Below, piece after piece: positions 1-9,125 of a DNA stretch of 16,168 nt (the first letter of the stretch is position 1; each line of letters starts with the position of its first letter). Source of the DNA: Vitrella brassicaformis CCMP3155 (taxonomy: Eukaryota > Protista > Chromerida); contig CDMY01000838.1 of the NCBI GenBank assembly GCA_001179505.1, forward strand, positions 1 to 16,168, read 5' to 3'. The position numbers were made by a program, and so were the translations under genes. The notes under the pieces are model-generated. The model was not told the DNA's origin and ran no database searches. It saw only the letters and a program-made list of their open reading frames with translations.

Positions 1-658
1 GGTGTGGCCGTGTAAGGGCGCCCAAGAGGGTATCAGGGGGTGCACAGCGGTCATGCTGGAGGGCTCTGTCTGTCAAGGTGTCGACTTCGCTGGCCGGCGT
101 GCCGCTCCATCCTGCATCGCAGCGCTGGGCCTTCCCTCACCAATGTCCAAGATCTGGGAAGATCTCTGCCCACGAGGCCTTCTGCTGGCCCTCGGCTGTC
201 TTACCGACACAAGATTGGCCTTCCCGACATCAATTCAGGCCTCCCTGCACGTCATTTGATGCTGAGCTGTGGAGACCTGGCCTCTGGCTGGGTTGGTTGT
301 GGAGATCTTTCATTTCTGCTGGTGTGGTGATGATGCTGGGCTGCTGGGCGCTTGCCTGACGCCTTCTGGAGTCCTCCGCTCATGTGCCCGATGCGCTGAG
401 CTCTGTTCGCTCCGGTGCCTTGTGGTGTTGAGATCTGTTGTTGCTAATGATGCTGCTGTGCTGTTTGAGCGTTCGCTCTGGGGTGTGGCATTGTCTGACC
501 ACCGGCGTGACCCGTGTGACGACTTGCCTTTGTGGTGTGGTGTGTGCCGCTTCGCCCCACCTCTCCTTCGCGTCTTGTATGTCATTATGGATGATGGACG
601 GTTCATGCTTCGTGGATTCTGACTTGCATATACATGGCTGTGATGCGATTGGGTTGGC

Positions 659-1510
659 CTAGCTGTGGGTGCAGACGATGGACGGACATTGGGTGATGAT
701 CTCGTTCTCTGAACGATTGACGCCACCCCACAATGACGAGGCGCACACTTGACACGCATTGGCGAGATCCCCATCGTGATGACTCCCTCTGTGAGGGCGC
801 GACTGGCCAGCTTGGCGGGGATCCCAGGCCCCCAGACGCCCCCCTGTCACAGTTTTGCCTGTGTTGGCCGCGCGGTGTCTGTTGGTCAAGGGGTCGGGGC
901 GTGTGGGGTGGGTGATGGTGACGTCGCCGAGCCTGCCTTTTCCCTCCTCCACCCAGTAGAGGTCGATCCGTTTGCCGTCTGGATCGGTGGTGGCCGGGTA
1001 GACGCCCAGACGCGCCAGGTTGACCTCTCGGTCGACGGCGATCTGGACGCTCCTGATGATGCGTCGCCACTCCTCGCACAGCAGGTCGTGCCGCCAGATG
1101 CGCTCGTTGCCTGTGCCGCAGCAGAGGAGGTGGTCGCCGTAGGGATCCAGCTGGGTGCCGCACGAGCAGAAGTCCGATGCGAGTGAAGGGTGTTGGGTGG
1201 CGCCGATCCTCAGACGGCAGCAGGTGACGAAATCCTCGTTGGTGAAGCGCAGGCCCGGGTGCGCTGGGACCGTCGTCAGCCAGCCGCTAGCTCCTGGGCC
1301 TCGACAGCTCCTCAGCCGTGCGCGGTCTCTTGGCTCCTCGCCGAACTCGTCCAGCAGGGCGTCTGCTTCGATGCGCATCAGGCTGGCCGTCAGGTCGTGT
1401 TGTAGCCGTGGTTTTGTGCGTCCCTCGAGCAGCTTGGCCAGTGTGGGCACCTCGTCTCCGGCAGCTTCTCCAGTAGCTTCTCTCTTGCCGACTCCGCTGC
1501 CCGTAGCCAT
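659..1510 (-). mobile_element. Truncated non-LTR retrotransposon ORF (CRE/SLACS-like, RLE-type): post-RT linker, CCHC zinc knuckle and restriction-like endonuclease; no RT domain; C-terminus degenerate
   Basis: The ORF contains GASGWLTTVP...F...RLRIG, CSCGTQLDPYGDHLLCC (zinc knuckle), RHD, KRIDL and GDVTITHP. This is the motif order at the C-terminus of RLE-bearing non-LTR elements of the CRE group. The expected downstream AE..K..KY motif is absent. A GGVWGP..LA.RA remnant appears in another frame near 800-845, indicating a deletion or frameshift. An in-frame stop lies 16 codons upstream of the Met, so the RT is missing. Confidence 0.85.
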
Positions 1511-2013
1511 GGCAATAGCTGTTTGTTTGGCTACTGAGACGGCATTGGGTGCTCGAGCTCAAAGAAACATGTTTTGTGCGCTTTGAGGGGCAGACGTGTG
1601 GCGGTGTCTTTCTGCGTGCGTTTTGGCCGTTTGCACACGACAGCTCCGATCAGTTTCACGGATCGTGCTCTAAGCTGAAAGCTGAGCTGGAGGTGGTTCT
1701 CAGCTCGCAAACAAAAATTTTGCGGCTCGCGACAAACCAACTTTTTTTCTAAGGGGTCTTTTCAAGATCTGTTTTCTGATATCTGTGGAGGGGGTCACTG
1801 CGAGGAAAAATTTGCTTCGAGCTTCAAATCCGCTCACGCGTTCGCGCGAAAAACGCCGGCAAAACACCCGGAAAATCGCTTTCTGGCTGTTTTCTCTCAT
1901 CACTACCCGACAAGGTGCGGCGAAAAGCTGGAGTTCCGGCCGGAAAGCTGAGAGGAGGTGGGGAAAGCTAGCTAAGCCCACAGAAGGCTAGCTAAGCCCG
2001 CGGAAAGCCAGCC

Positions 2014-2313
2014 NNNNNNNNNNNNNNNNNNNNNNNNNNNNNNNNNNNNNNNNNNNNNNNNNNNNNNNNNNNNNNNNNNNNNNNNNNNNNNNNNNNNNNN
2101 NNNNNNNNNNNNNNNNNNNNNNNNNNNNNNNNNNNNNNNNNNNNNNNNNNNNNNNNNNNNNNNNNNNNNNNNNNNNNNNNNNNNNNNNNNNNNNNNNNNN
2201 NNNNNNNNNNNNNNNNNNNNNNNNNNNNNNNNNNNNNNNNNNNNNNNNNNNNNNNNNNNNNNNNNNNNNNNNNNNNNNNNNNNNNNNNNNNNNNNNNNNN
2301 NNNNNNNNNNNNN
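2014..2313. other. Assembly gap (300 N)
   Basis: Run of N. The flanks (gaaagccagcc / ccagccagccacccgg) overlap when compared with the right arm, so the true gap may be close to zero or hold only extra repeat units. Confidence 0.99.
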
Positions 2314-2707
2314 CCAGCCAGCCACCCGGAAAGCTGGCCTGACCACCCGGAAAGCTGGCTTTCCAGGCCTCCCTGCCAGCTTGCCAGCCAGAAAGCTGGA
2401 TGTCCAGCCGGAAAGCTGGCCTGCCCAGCCGGAAAGCTGGCCTTCCGGGCCTCCCTGCCAGCTTGCCAGCCGGAAAGCCAGCCTTCCAGGCCTCCCTGCC
2501 AGCTGTCCAGCCAGAAAGCTGGATGTCCGGGCCTCCTGTGTGCTCAGAGGGCGGAAAGCTGGCCTTCTGCACTGCTGCGAAGGCTCTCCACGGACAGCCC
2601 TGCGACTCTCTCCATGAATCATTGACTGTCAGTGAATGACTGCCATGCATTGGCTCCAACGGTCCAACACAGTCACACACACACACGCAGAACCCATCAA
2701 TGAATGA

Positions 2708-2940
2708 GGACAAGATGCTGGCGAGTTGGTGGACTGCCCGTCTCTGTTTCTCTCTCTGTCTCTCTCTCTCTCTTTGGTCCGTCGGTCTGTGTGTGTGAGA
2801 GAGAATGGACATGTGAGTGAGTGAGTGGGTGGATGGGTGGGTGGATGGATGGATGGCAGCAAGTGATTGAGTGAGCGAGTGGGTGAGATGTGAGTGTGGT
2901 TGAGTGTTGGTGCCGTCCATCCATCCATCCATCCATTCGT
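2708..2940. repeat. Microsatellite-rich spacer of the fold-back element: (TC)n, (TG)n, (TGAG)n, (GGAT)n and (CCAT)n
   Basis: Directly visible simple repeats between the two inverted arms. Confidence 0.9.
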
Positions 2941-3444
2941 TCATTCATTGATGGGTTCTGCGTGTGTGTGTGTGACTGTGTTGGACCGTTGGAGCCAATG
3001 CATGGCAGTCATTCACTGACAGTCAATGATTCATGGAGAGAGTCGCAGGGCTGTCCGTGGAGAGCCTTCGCAGCAGTGCAGAAGGTCAGCTTTCCGCCCT
3101 CTGAGCACACAGGAGGCCCGGACATCCAGCTTTCTGGCTGGCAAGCTGGCAGGGAGGCCTGGAAAGCCAGCTTTCCGGGTGGTCAGGCCAGCTTTCCGGC
3201 TGGACATCCAGCTTTCTGGCTGGCAAGCTGGCAGGGAGGCCTGGAAAGCCAGCTTTCCGGGTGGTCAGGCCAGCTTTCCGGGTGGCTGGCTGGCTTTCCG
3301 CGGGCTTAGCTAGCCTTCTGTGGGCTTAGCTAGCTTTCCCCACCTCCTCTCAGCTTTCCGGCCGGAACTCCAGCTTTTCGCCGCACCTTGTCGGGTAGTG
3401 CAGGATTCTGCTGCGTTTGCCACGCAAGTCTGTGTGTGAGTGCT

Positions 3445-4320
3445 CCTTCGTCTGCTCTGTCCTGACGCAAGCGGCTATCGATCTGCGCACCGTCAAACAC
3501 GAGAACCAGCCACCGAAAGTTGACGGTGCCGTCAACCCAATTGTGGTAATGCATGATACATTTCGCTACGCTGTGTTCACACGCAAGCGCTTATGGCTTT
3601 TCGTTACGTCAAAAAGAAGAACCAGCCACTGAAAGGTTACACAGCCATCGACCCAAGGGGAACACAATACATCGTTCACGGCACACTGCTCTACATTCTG
3701 TTCGTACGCAAGCGGCCGTCGCTCTTCGCCTTCCAAACGAGACCATAGCCGCTGAAAACTTGCCCACCGCCAACTCAACCGCAATCTCCTTGCACACGCT
3801 CTAAGGTCTGGTTGATGGAATATAACTGCAAGAGACGAGTTTGCTTCCCATTGCATTGCAATTGCGCCCTGTTGTTTGCGCAAAATGTGGCGAACACTGG
3901 TGTCGGTTACACGGAATTCGGCTTTTTCTGCTGATTTCTCCCGGGACTCTCATTCATTCTCGATGCAAAAGCATGTATGTCTGATGCATCTCGTCATGCT
4001 GTGTCTGCACGCCAGCGGCCATCGCCCTGCGCCGTCCTGAGAAAGACAACCAGCCAGCGAAAGTTGGCACAGCTGTGGACCTAAATCAGCACGATTGTGT
4101 CAATGCATGATACATCTCGCTATGCTGTGTTCAGACTGCAAGCGGCCATCGCTCTTCGCCCCGTCAAAAGGAGAACACACACACCGGGGCACCGAAAGTT
4201 TACACAGCCGCCAACCCTTAATCAACAGAACGTATCAAATCATGATGCACCTCTCCCAGCTCTGTCGGCACTTCGAGTCGGCTCCGCCGTCACAGGACTA
4301 GCCACCCAAAGTATGCACAG
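3445..4320 (+). repeat. Diverged tandem array of ~115-130 bp units
   Basis: The motif CAAGCGGCCATCGCTCTTCGCC (variable) starts at 3468, 3584, 3709, 4012, 4139, with a remnant near 4275. It is followed by ACCAGCCACCGAAAGTT-like and ATGCATGATACATYTCGCTAYGCTGTGTTC-like blocks. An unrelated stretch interrupts the array at ~3800-3965. Confidence 0.8.
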
Positions 4321-4519
4321 TTGTCTTGGCTCAAGCCACACGCAAACCAATCCATGGTCACTGGTCTACGTGTGTCAGACTTCGGACGTGTGTCTGTGTG
4401 TTTGTGCTTGTCTGTCTTTGTGCTTGTCGATTGAATCGTGAGGGTCTTTTCATCAAAAAAGCGTCTACATAGCACCGAGAAAACGCTATCTTTATAGCGA
4501 ATGAATCCCAAACGGCCCC

Positions 4520-6930
4520 TTAACATGGGCGTGGGTGGACGGCCGGAATTGGCTGCTGCTCGTCGGCGGTCTCACGTGGAGGAGTACGAGAGCCCGGGGG
4601 TACACTACATGCCGGCGTCCACCTCGAGGGGCTCAGTTGCCGATCTTTCATGTAGATCTCGTCAAGACGGTACTGCCTTCTGTTGGCCATTGGCTATTTC
4701 CGGATCACTTCAACTTGAGCCTTCCCTTCACATGATCCAAGTCGCTGTCAGAGTAAATAAGCTCCTACGGATCCTTGGCAGCTGCACCGCCAACAATGGC
4801 GTGGGGTTCTCTGGGGCATCTGTGAGCAGTAACAGCGCTTTACCTGGACGGCTCAACAGCACGGAGGGACGGCAGAAAACCAGAAAAGCACGACACACAC
4901 CAGCCGACCTTACTAATCCGCCAAGACTACGCAAATTTGAAGGGTTTCTGTCCGGTGAGATATTTCATTCATCCGACTTTAGATGAAAAAGGACTAGTGC
5001 TGTCGTGTGCATCCCCCGGCCCACCTACCGCCGGGGTTTCGAATACTTGTACTGTTGTTTTGGATTAGCGCGAGCGAGTTTGCACGTCTCTTTCTCTCGC
5101 CATCCAGTTTTTTCTGCCCCGTTTTCCTTTGGTTCATATGTAGCCCCGGTTTTTACTGATTCAAGGAGACAAATGGGCTGTTATGACTCATTTTTCATAT
5201 AAAAAAGATCAATGGTGCGTGCGGGTGGAGTGGTCCGCTCAGGCCAGTGTTGTGTCCCTGGCCGAGAAAAATGACTGGCAGGCCAGGCTGTTATTCCCAC
5301 GGGAATGGATTATTCCCATGGGAATAATCAGGTCGTCATTTCCGCCCATTCCGCTTCATCTGGTCGGAACAAAATCATCGCTCTCGAATTCCTTCTTGTC
5401 TTCAACAAACAAGCATCCAAGCCTCCTGCCCTGCCCCAGAGGTACTTCAACGCTCGCCGTCAAGACCGCAAGGCCGCTCCCTCTGGAGACATCACCCCTC
5501 GAGCTCTCTACTTCACCTCTGACGACATCCCTGCCGGCCCAGAGGAGGCCGAAGCCACAGGCGAGGGCGCCACGATGAGCTAGACACCCCAGGGACGGCT
5601 CTCCTTCCCTCCACCCGTCAGATGGGCTTGCCCTTCTGACGGGGAGTCTGCCCATGTGTCTGCCGTCGCTGCCGAAGTCTGCCAGGGATGCTGCCATCGA
5701 GCCAACGGCTCAATCACGGAGGGTATCACCAGAAGGGGTGTATGACGAGTATGTCGATGATGTGATGCACATACACATGCCGGAGGCACTGCATGGATGG
5801 ATCCATCGCTACCTGAGACGCCATGGCGAGGTGGTGTCATACTGCTTTGTGTGCGCCCGGCTGAGAGGCGAGCGACGAGCGAAGAAAGTACATGATGGAG
5901 GGGCATACAGCGGCTAATGAGAGAGCATGAGAGAGTGTGAGAGCGGTCGGCAACTGGATCTATAAGGACGGACGGCAACGAGGGGTGGGCTTGGCTTACA
6001 TACACGTGGCGAGGGGCATCAATGCATGGATGGTGAAGTCATTTCCGGAAAGAATCTGTGTAGGCGGTGGAGCTCTTGCAGAGTGCCCACCACCTATACA
6101 ACGGACGGTGACGGATTTTGCATGCTCACATCACAAAGAAAAAGGAAGCATGGCAAATATCGCCATTGACGAATGAAGAGGTCATGGAGCCATCGGAAGG
6201 CAGAGATGGGTGCGTGGCCATGGAGCTGTCCAAGCTGAGCATGCATATATGGCATGCAAACCCACATGTGACCCAGATCTGACGAAACTTTATCAAAAGA
6301 CTTTGTGTGTCTCCGATGTTTCCTCACCCAGACGATCCCAAATGCAAGCAAATGCAGTCCTTAGCAGAGATGCAGCAGCGAGGATGATAAAGGAGAATAG
6401 ATGGACGGGCCCTCCGCTGTTCGACATGAGCCACCCGCAGGGGCAGGCACCGAAGCATTGGCACGCCCTCCTCTCCCTGATCTCCGCTCACGTTGCTGTG
6501 GGCTGACACAGAACCACTGCCGTCGCAATGAACCGATAGATACCTTGGGAGACTCGGGGTACTCCTGCATTACGATGGGAGTCAATGATTGTTCCGTGCA
6601 TGGGGATTTCCCCTGACGCTTCGGTGCTGAGAGTTGCACATTCTGCAATCGCAGGCGGAGGCAAGTACAGCGTAGCTGGACATGTCTCGTCCCTGTGAGG
6701 CTCTGTCTAAGCAATGGTGATGATCAGGGGGAGGCAAAAGGGGCTGCATGCATGCGCGCGCCGTAAATAGGCCTCCCCTTCCATGTGCCTCTTAGAAGTA
6801 CCGAGCTCGAGGGCTACATCATGTGAAAGGCGATGGGTCAAAAGTTTTCTGCTCCTCGAATTCCACTTGCCACCGGCGTCGTCTGAACGTCCCCCCACCG
6901 TCGAACCAAGACGTCTCACCACCGAAAGCA
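4520..6930 (-). CDS. Possible multi-exon gene or gene relic of unknown function (no consistent model obtained)
   Basis: There are several AG/GT-bounded, protein-like minus-strand segments, e.g. 4520-4693 (PMANRRQYRLDEIYMKDRQLSPSR...PRPC*), 5356-5697 (...EDKKEFESDDFVPTR*) and short exon-like pieces between 5800 and 6930 separated by intron-like simple repeats. I recognise no domain and could not join the pieces in one frame with confidence. Confidence 0.25.
4999..5044 (+). repeat. 46-bp hairpin-containing repeat, copy 1
   Basis: GCTGTCGTGTGCATCCCCCGGC-ccacctacc-GCCGGGGTTTCGAAT, with a 7-bp CCCCGGC/GCCGGGG stem. It matches 7087-7132 except in the loop. Confidence 0.9.
5291..5329. other. Tandem palindromes TTATTCCCAYGGGAAT; the second is a perfect 22-bp palindrome
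   Basis: ttattcccacgggaat (5291-5306) is followed by GATTATTCCCATGGGAATAATC (5308-5329), which equals its own reverse complement. Confidence 0.9.
5614..5643. other. Strong hairpin / imperfect palindrome
   Basis: cccgtcaga-t-gggc-tt-gccc-t-tctgacggg: 9 + 4 bp of stem with one T/T mismatch. Confidence 0.8.
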
Positions 6931-7086
6931 AACTCCAGAGAGCGTGTATCCCACTCTTTCACAACCACGCAGGTGCCAGGTCTGTGTACCACGAAGTGCA
7001 ATGCAGCTCAAAATTGTACATGTGCATGATAGCCCTCATTAAATGAGTGACGCATGTGTGCTAGAATGAGGAAGAAAGGGAGGAGG

Positions 7087-7132
7087 GCTGTCGTGTGCAT
7101 CCCCCGGCCTAACTGCCGCCGGGGTTTCGAAT
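7087..7132 (+). repeat. 46-bp hairpin-containing repeat, copy 2
   Basis: GCTGTCGTGTGCATCCCCCGGC-ctaactgcc-GCCGGGGTTTCGAAT; a direct repeat of 4999-5044, 2088 bp away. Confidence 0.9.
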
Positions 7133-7323
7133 GGCCTGCCTGGCTATTTCCTTCTCTCTCCCTCTTCTGTCTTCCTGTCTTCCTTCCCTATGGGTCCCGT
7201 GTGTATATGGTGATGTATTCATGTGATTGGCTGATTGTTGCTTTGGTGGCTCAGAGGGCGCTCATTTTTCTACTTCCCCCTTCTGGCTTCTGTACACTTG
7301 CCATGGCTCTTGCTGGGCGACAG

Positions 7324-7450
7324 CGCCCGTTCTTGTGTATGTAGCCGGAATCGGTGTTTGTCAACGTTCTACGAGGCAGCCAGTGCTCTCTGTTGCCATC
7401 TGTCTGTCCGTCTGTCCGCCGGTGCCAGTGCAGGGAGGGGTAGACAGGCC
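7324..7450 (+). repeat. Dispersed repeat, homologous (inverted) to 15361-15489
   Basis: Shared blocks in the same order: CGCCCGTTCTTGTGTATGTAGCC (identical), GTGTTYGTCA, GTGCYCTCTGTTGYCATCTGT, GCCGGTGCCAGTGC (identical) and GGGTAGACAGGCC (identical). Confidence 0.85.
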
Positions 7451-7522
7451 GTGTGCATGCTTTGCATGTACATGCTGCTAATTTAGTGCGTGAGACGATA
7501 GAATCCCTCCGGGGTTACAGAC

Positions 7523-7822
7523 NNNNNNNNNNNNNNNNNNNNNNNNNNNNNNNNNNNNNNNNNNNNNNNNNNNNNNNNNNNNNNNNNNNNNNNNNNNNNN
7601 NNNNNNNNNNNNNNNNNNNNNNNNNNNNNNNNNNNNNNNNNNNNNNNNNNNNNNNNNNNNNNNNNNNNNNNNNNNNNNNNNNNNNNNNNNNNNNNNNNNN
7701 NNNNNNNNNNNNNNNNNNNNNNNNNNNNNNNNNNNNNNNNNNNNNNNNNNNNNNNNNNNNNNNNNNNNNNNNNNNNNNNNNNNNNNNNNNNNNNNNNNNN
7801 NNNNNNNNNNNNNNNNNNNNNN
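7523..7822. other. Assembly gap (300 N)
   Basis: Run of N. Confidence 0.99.
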
Positions 7823-8209
7823 CCCCTGTCTTGTGTATGCAGATCAATAATAACTTATAACAGGCATTCTAAGCCCTGCTCAGGCAGCCCACTCACTTAA
7901 TAATGAGGGCACCTGTACTGTTTCATGAAAGCCGTCGGGACAGTAATAAATCTGCTTCTCCCGCCTTAATTATTCGTCGCTTCGCGGGGCTTTCCACTGC
8001 AAACCGCACATCGTTGTAGCCGTCAGGTGGAGGCGGATGCAGCGGCGAGGTTTTCGAGGCGTCATTCGGTCATACGGAGGAGACTTCAGAGATGGATGGA
8101 TGGGTGCCTCCTTCTCTACGGATCGCCCGACCGATCTGGTGCGTTCGCTTGCGTTTCTTTACCCGAGCGCGAGGCTTTTGCTGCGAGTTTTAGCTGTCTT
8201 TGCATACAG

Positions 8210-8525
8210 CCCCCAAAGCAAACCCAGCAAACCGGCCTGAGCAAAGCAAACCAACGGACGAGCCTTTCCTCTGGAGGGTCAATGAGCGAAGCAGAGCAAA
8301 GCGAAGCAGAGCACCTTTGGCTTTGGCTTTGCTTTGCTTGTCTCCTCTCCCTCGCCACCTTTGGCTTTGGCTTTGGCTTTGCTTTGCTTTGCTTTGCTGC
8401 TCTCCTCTCCCTCGCCACCGTTGGCTTTGGCTTTGCCTTTGCCTTTGCTATGCTTTGCTTTGCATTGATTGTTTCCCCTCCCTCGTGGCCGTTCACCTTG
8501 GGCCTTGCTTTGCTTTGCTTTGCTC
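8210..8525. repeat. (GCTTT/GGCTTT)n satellite in higher-order units, preceded by an inverted (AAAGC)-rich tract
   Basis: Units starting CACC(T/G)TTGGCTTTGG at 8312, 8356 and 8416, each followed by a CTCCTCTCCCTCG-like block. GAGCAAAGC/GCGAAGC repeats at 8214-8311 are in the opposite orientation. Confidence 0.9.
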
Positions 8526-9125
8526 TGTTGTAGTATTCCTTTGCTTTCTGTCATCCATCGATCACCAGGGTTTCGGTTTGCTTAGGTTTGCTTCGTTTTG
8601 TAGCCGCTGCATGCCTCCAAAGACCCCCCCTTTCCTTTTTCAGCGGAAGCAATTCCCTCTGCGACTTTTTTAGCAATTCCCTCCGATACATACGTATAAG
8701 TCACAGGTATACGTATATATCTGTGTGTACGACAGATCATTCATTCATACACTCGTTCGTCCATTTCTTCGTTTCCAATCGAAGATCGCTAGCCCGCGCT
8801 CAGCGTATGCACCACAACTAGTATATTCACACATACGCATCATTCATGTTCACTCTGTTTCGAGGAAGACAATCTGACAATATGGAGCAAGTGCAGGTGT
8901 GACCGCAGCGATACCTAGAACAAGAAAACGCTTTGTACTTATGACGTCCTTCCCTCGTGTGTAAACGACGAACACAGTCCTGCTCAGCTCAAGTACTTCA
9001 TCGACATCTGTACCGACTATAGGTAGTGAACATATGTATCTTCGCCATGCGCGGTGCTTGTGGTGCATGGATCAGGCCATCAAAGTGTGTACTGGAGTTC
9101 GAGTAGCAGTGCGACCATTGACCAT

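Larger units (their letters stand above)
1901..3400. mobile_element. Non-autonomous fold-back DNA transposon with CACTA...TAGTG termini (CACTA/En-Spm-like)
   Basis: Begins CACTACCCGACAAGG (1901) and ends CCTTGTCGGGTAGTG (3400). The long inverted arms are 1901-2707 (interrupted by the N gap) and 2941-3400. They are near-identical at both the outer and inner ends and contain many GGAAAGCTGGC-type subterminal repeats. The flanking triplets are cat/cag, so the 3-bp TSD is imperfect. No transposase is present. Confidence 0.75.

Noticed and set aside
749-1186. 145-aa plus-strand ORF and other ORFs overlapping the RLE fragment
   Set aside because: Antisense or alternative-frame shadows of a GC-rich coding sequence; no motifs.
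1501-1510. CCGTAGCCAT (and TTGGCTCAAG at 4326-4335) matching halves of the dinoflagellate spliced leader
   Set aside because: Only 10-nt matches, far apart. The first is simply the reverse complement of the RLE ORF start.
1972-3313. Long ORFs across the fold-back element
   Set aside because: Products of tandem repeats, microsatellites and N runs.
3445-4320. CRISPR-like array
   Set aside because: The repeats are highly diverged, the linkers are themselves partly homologous, the context is eukaryotic and there are no cas genes.
4441-4997. Possible TIR pair gggtcttttcatc / gatgaaaaaggac
   Set aside because: Only about 8-11 matching bases, low complexity, no TSD.
4999-5055. HDV-like ribozyme suggested by a P4-like stem followed by CGAA
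   Set aside because: No P1/P2/P3 pseudoknot pairings could be formed in either copy.
6210-6506. HWHALL as a HUH endonuclease motif II
   Set aside because: No motif I or YxxK motif III at sensible spacing and no Helitron-type EFQxRG context; probably chance.
5937-6720. piggyBac-like remnants (INAWMV; CTFC...WTC..PVRLC)
   Set aside because: The motifs are short, lie in different frames and lack the DDD core; no TTAA-CCC...GGG-TTAA termini.
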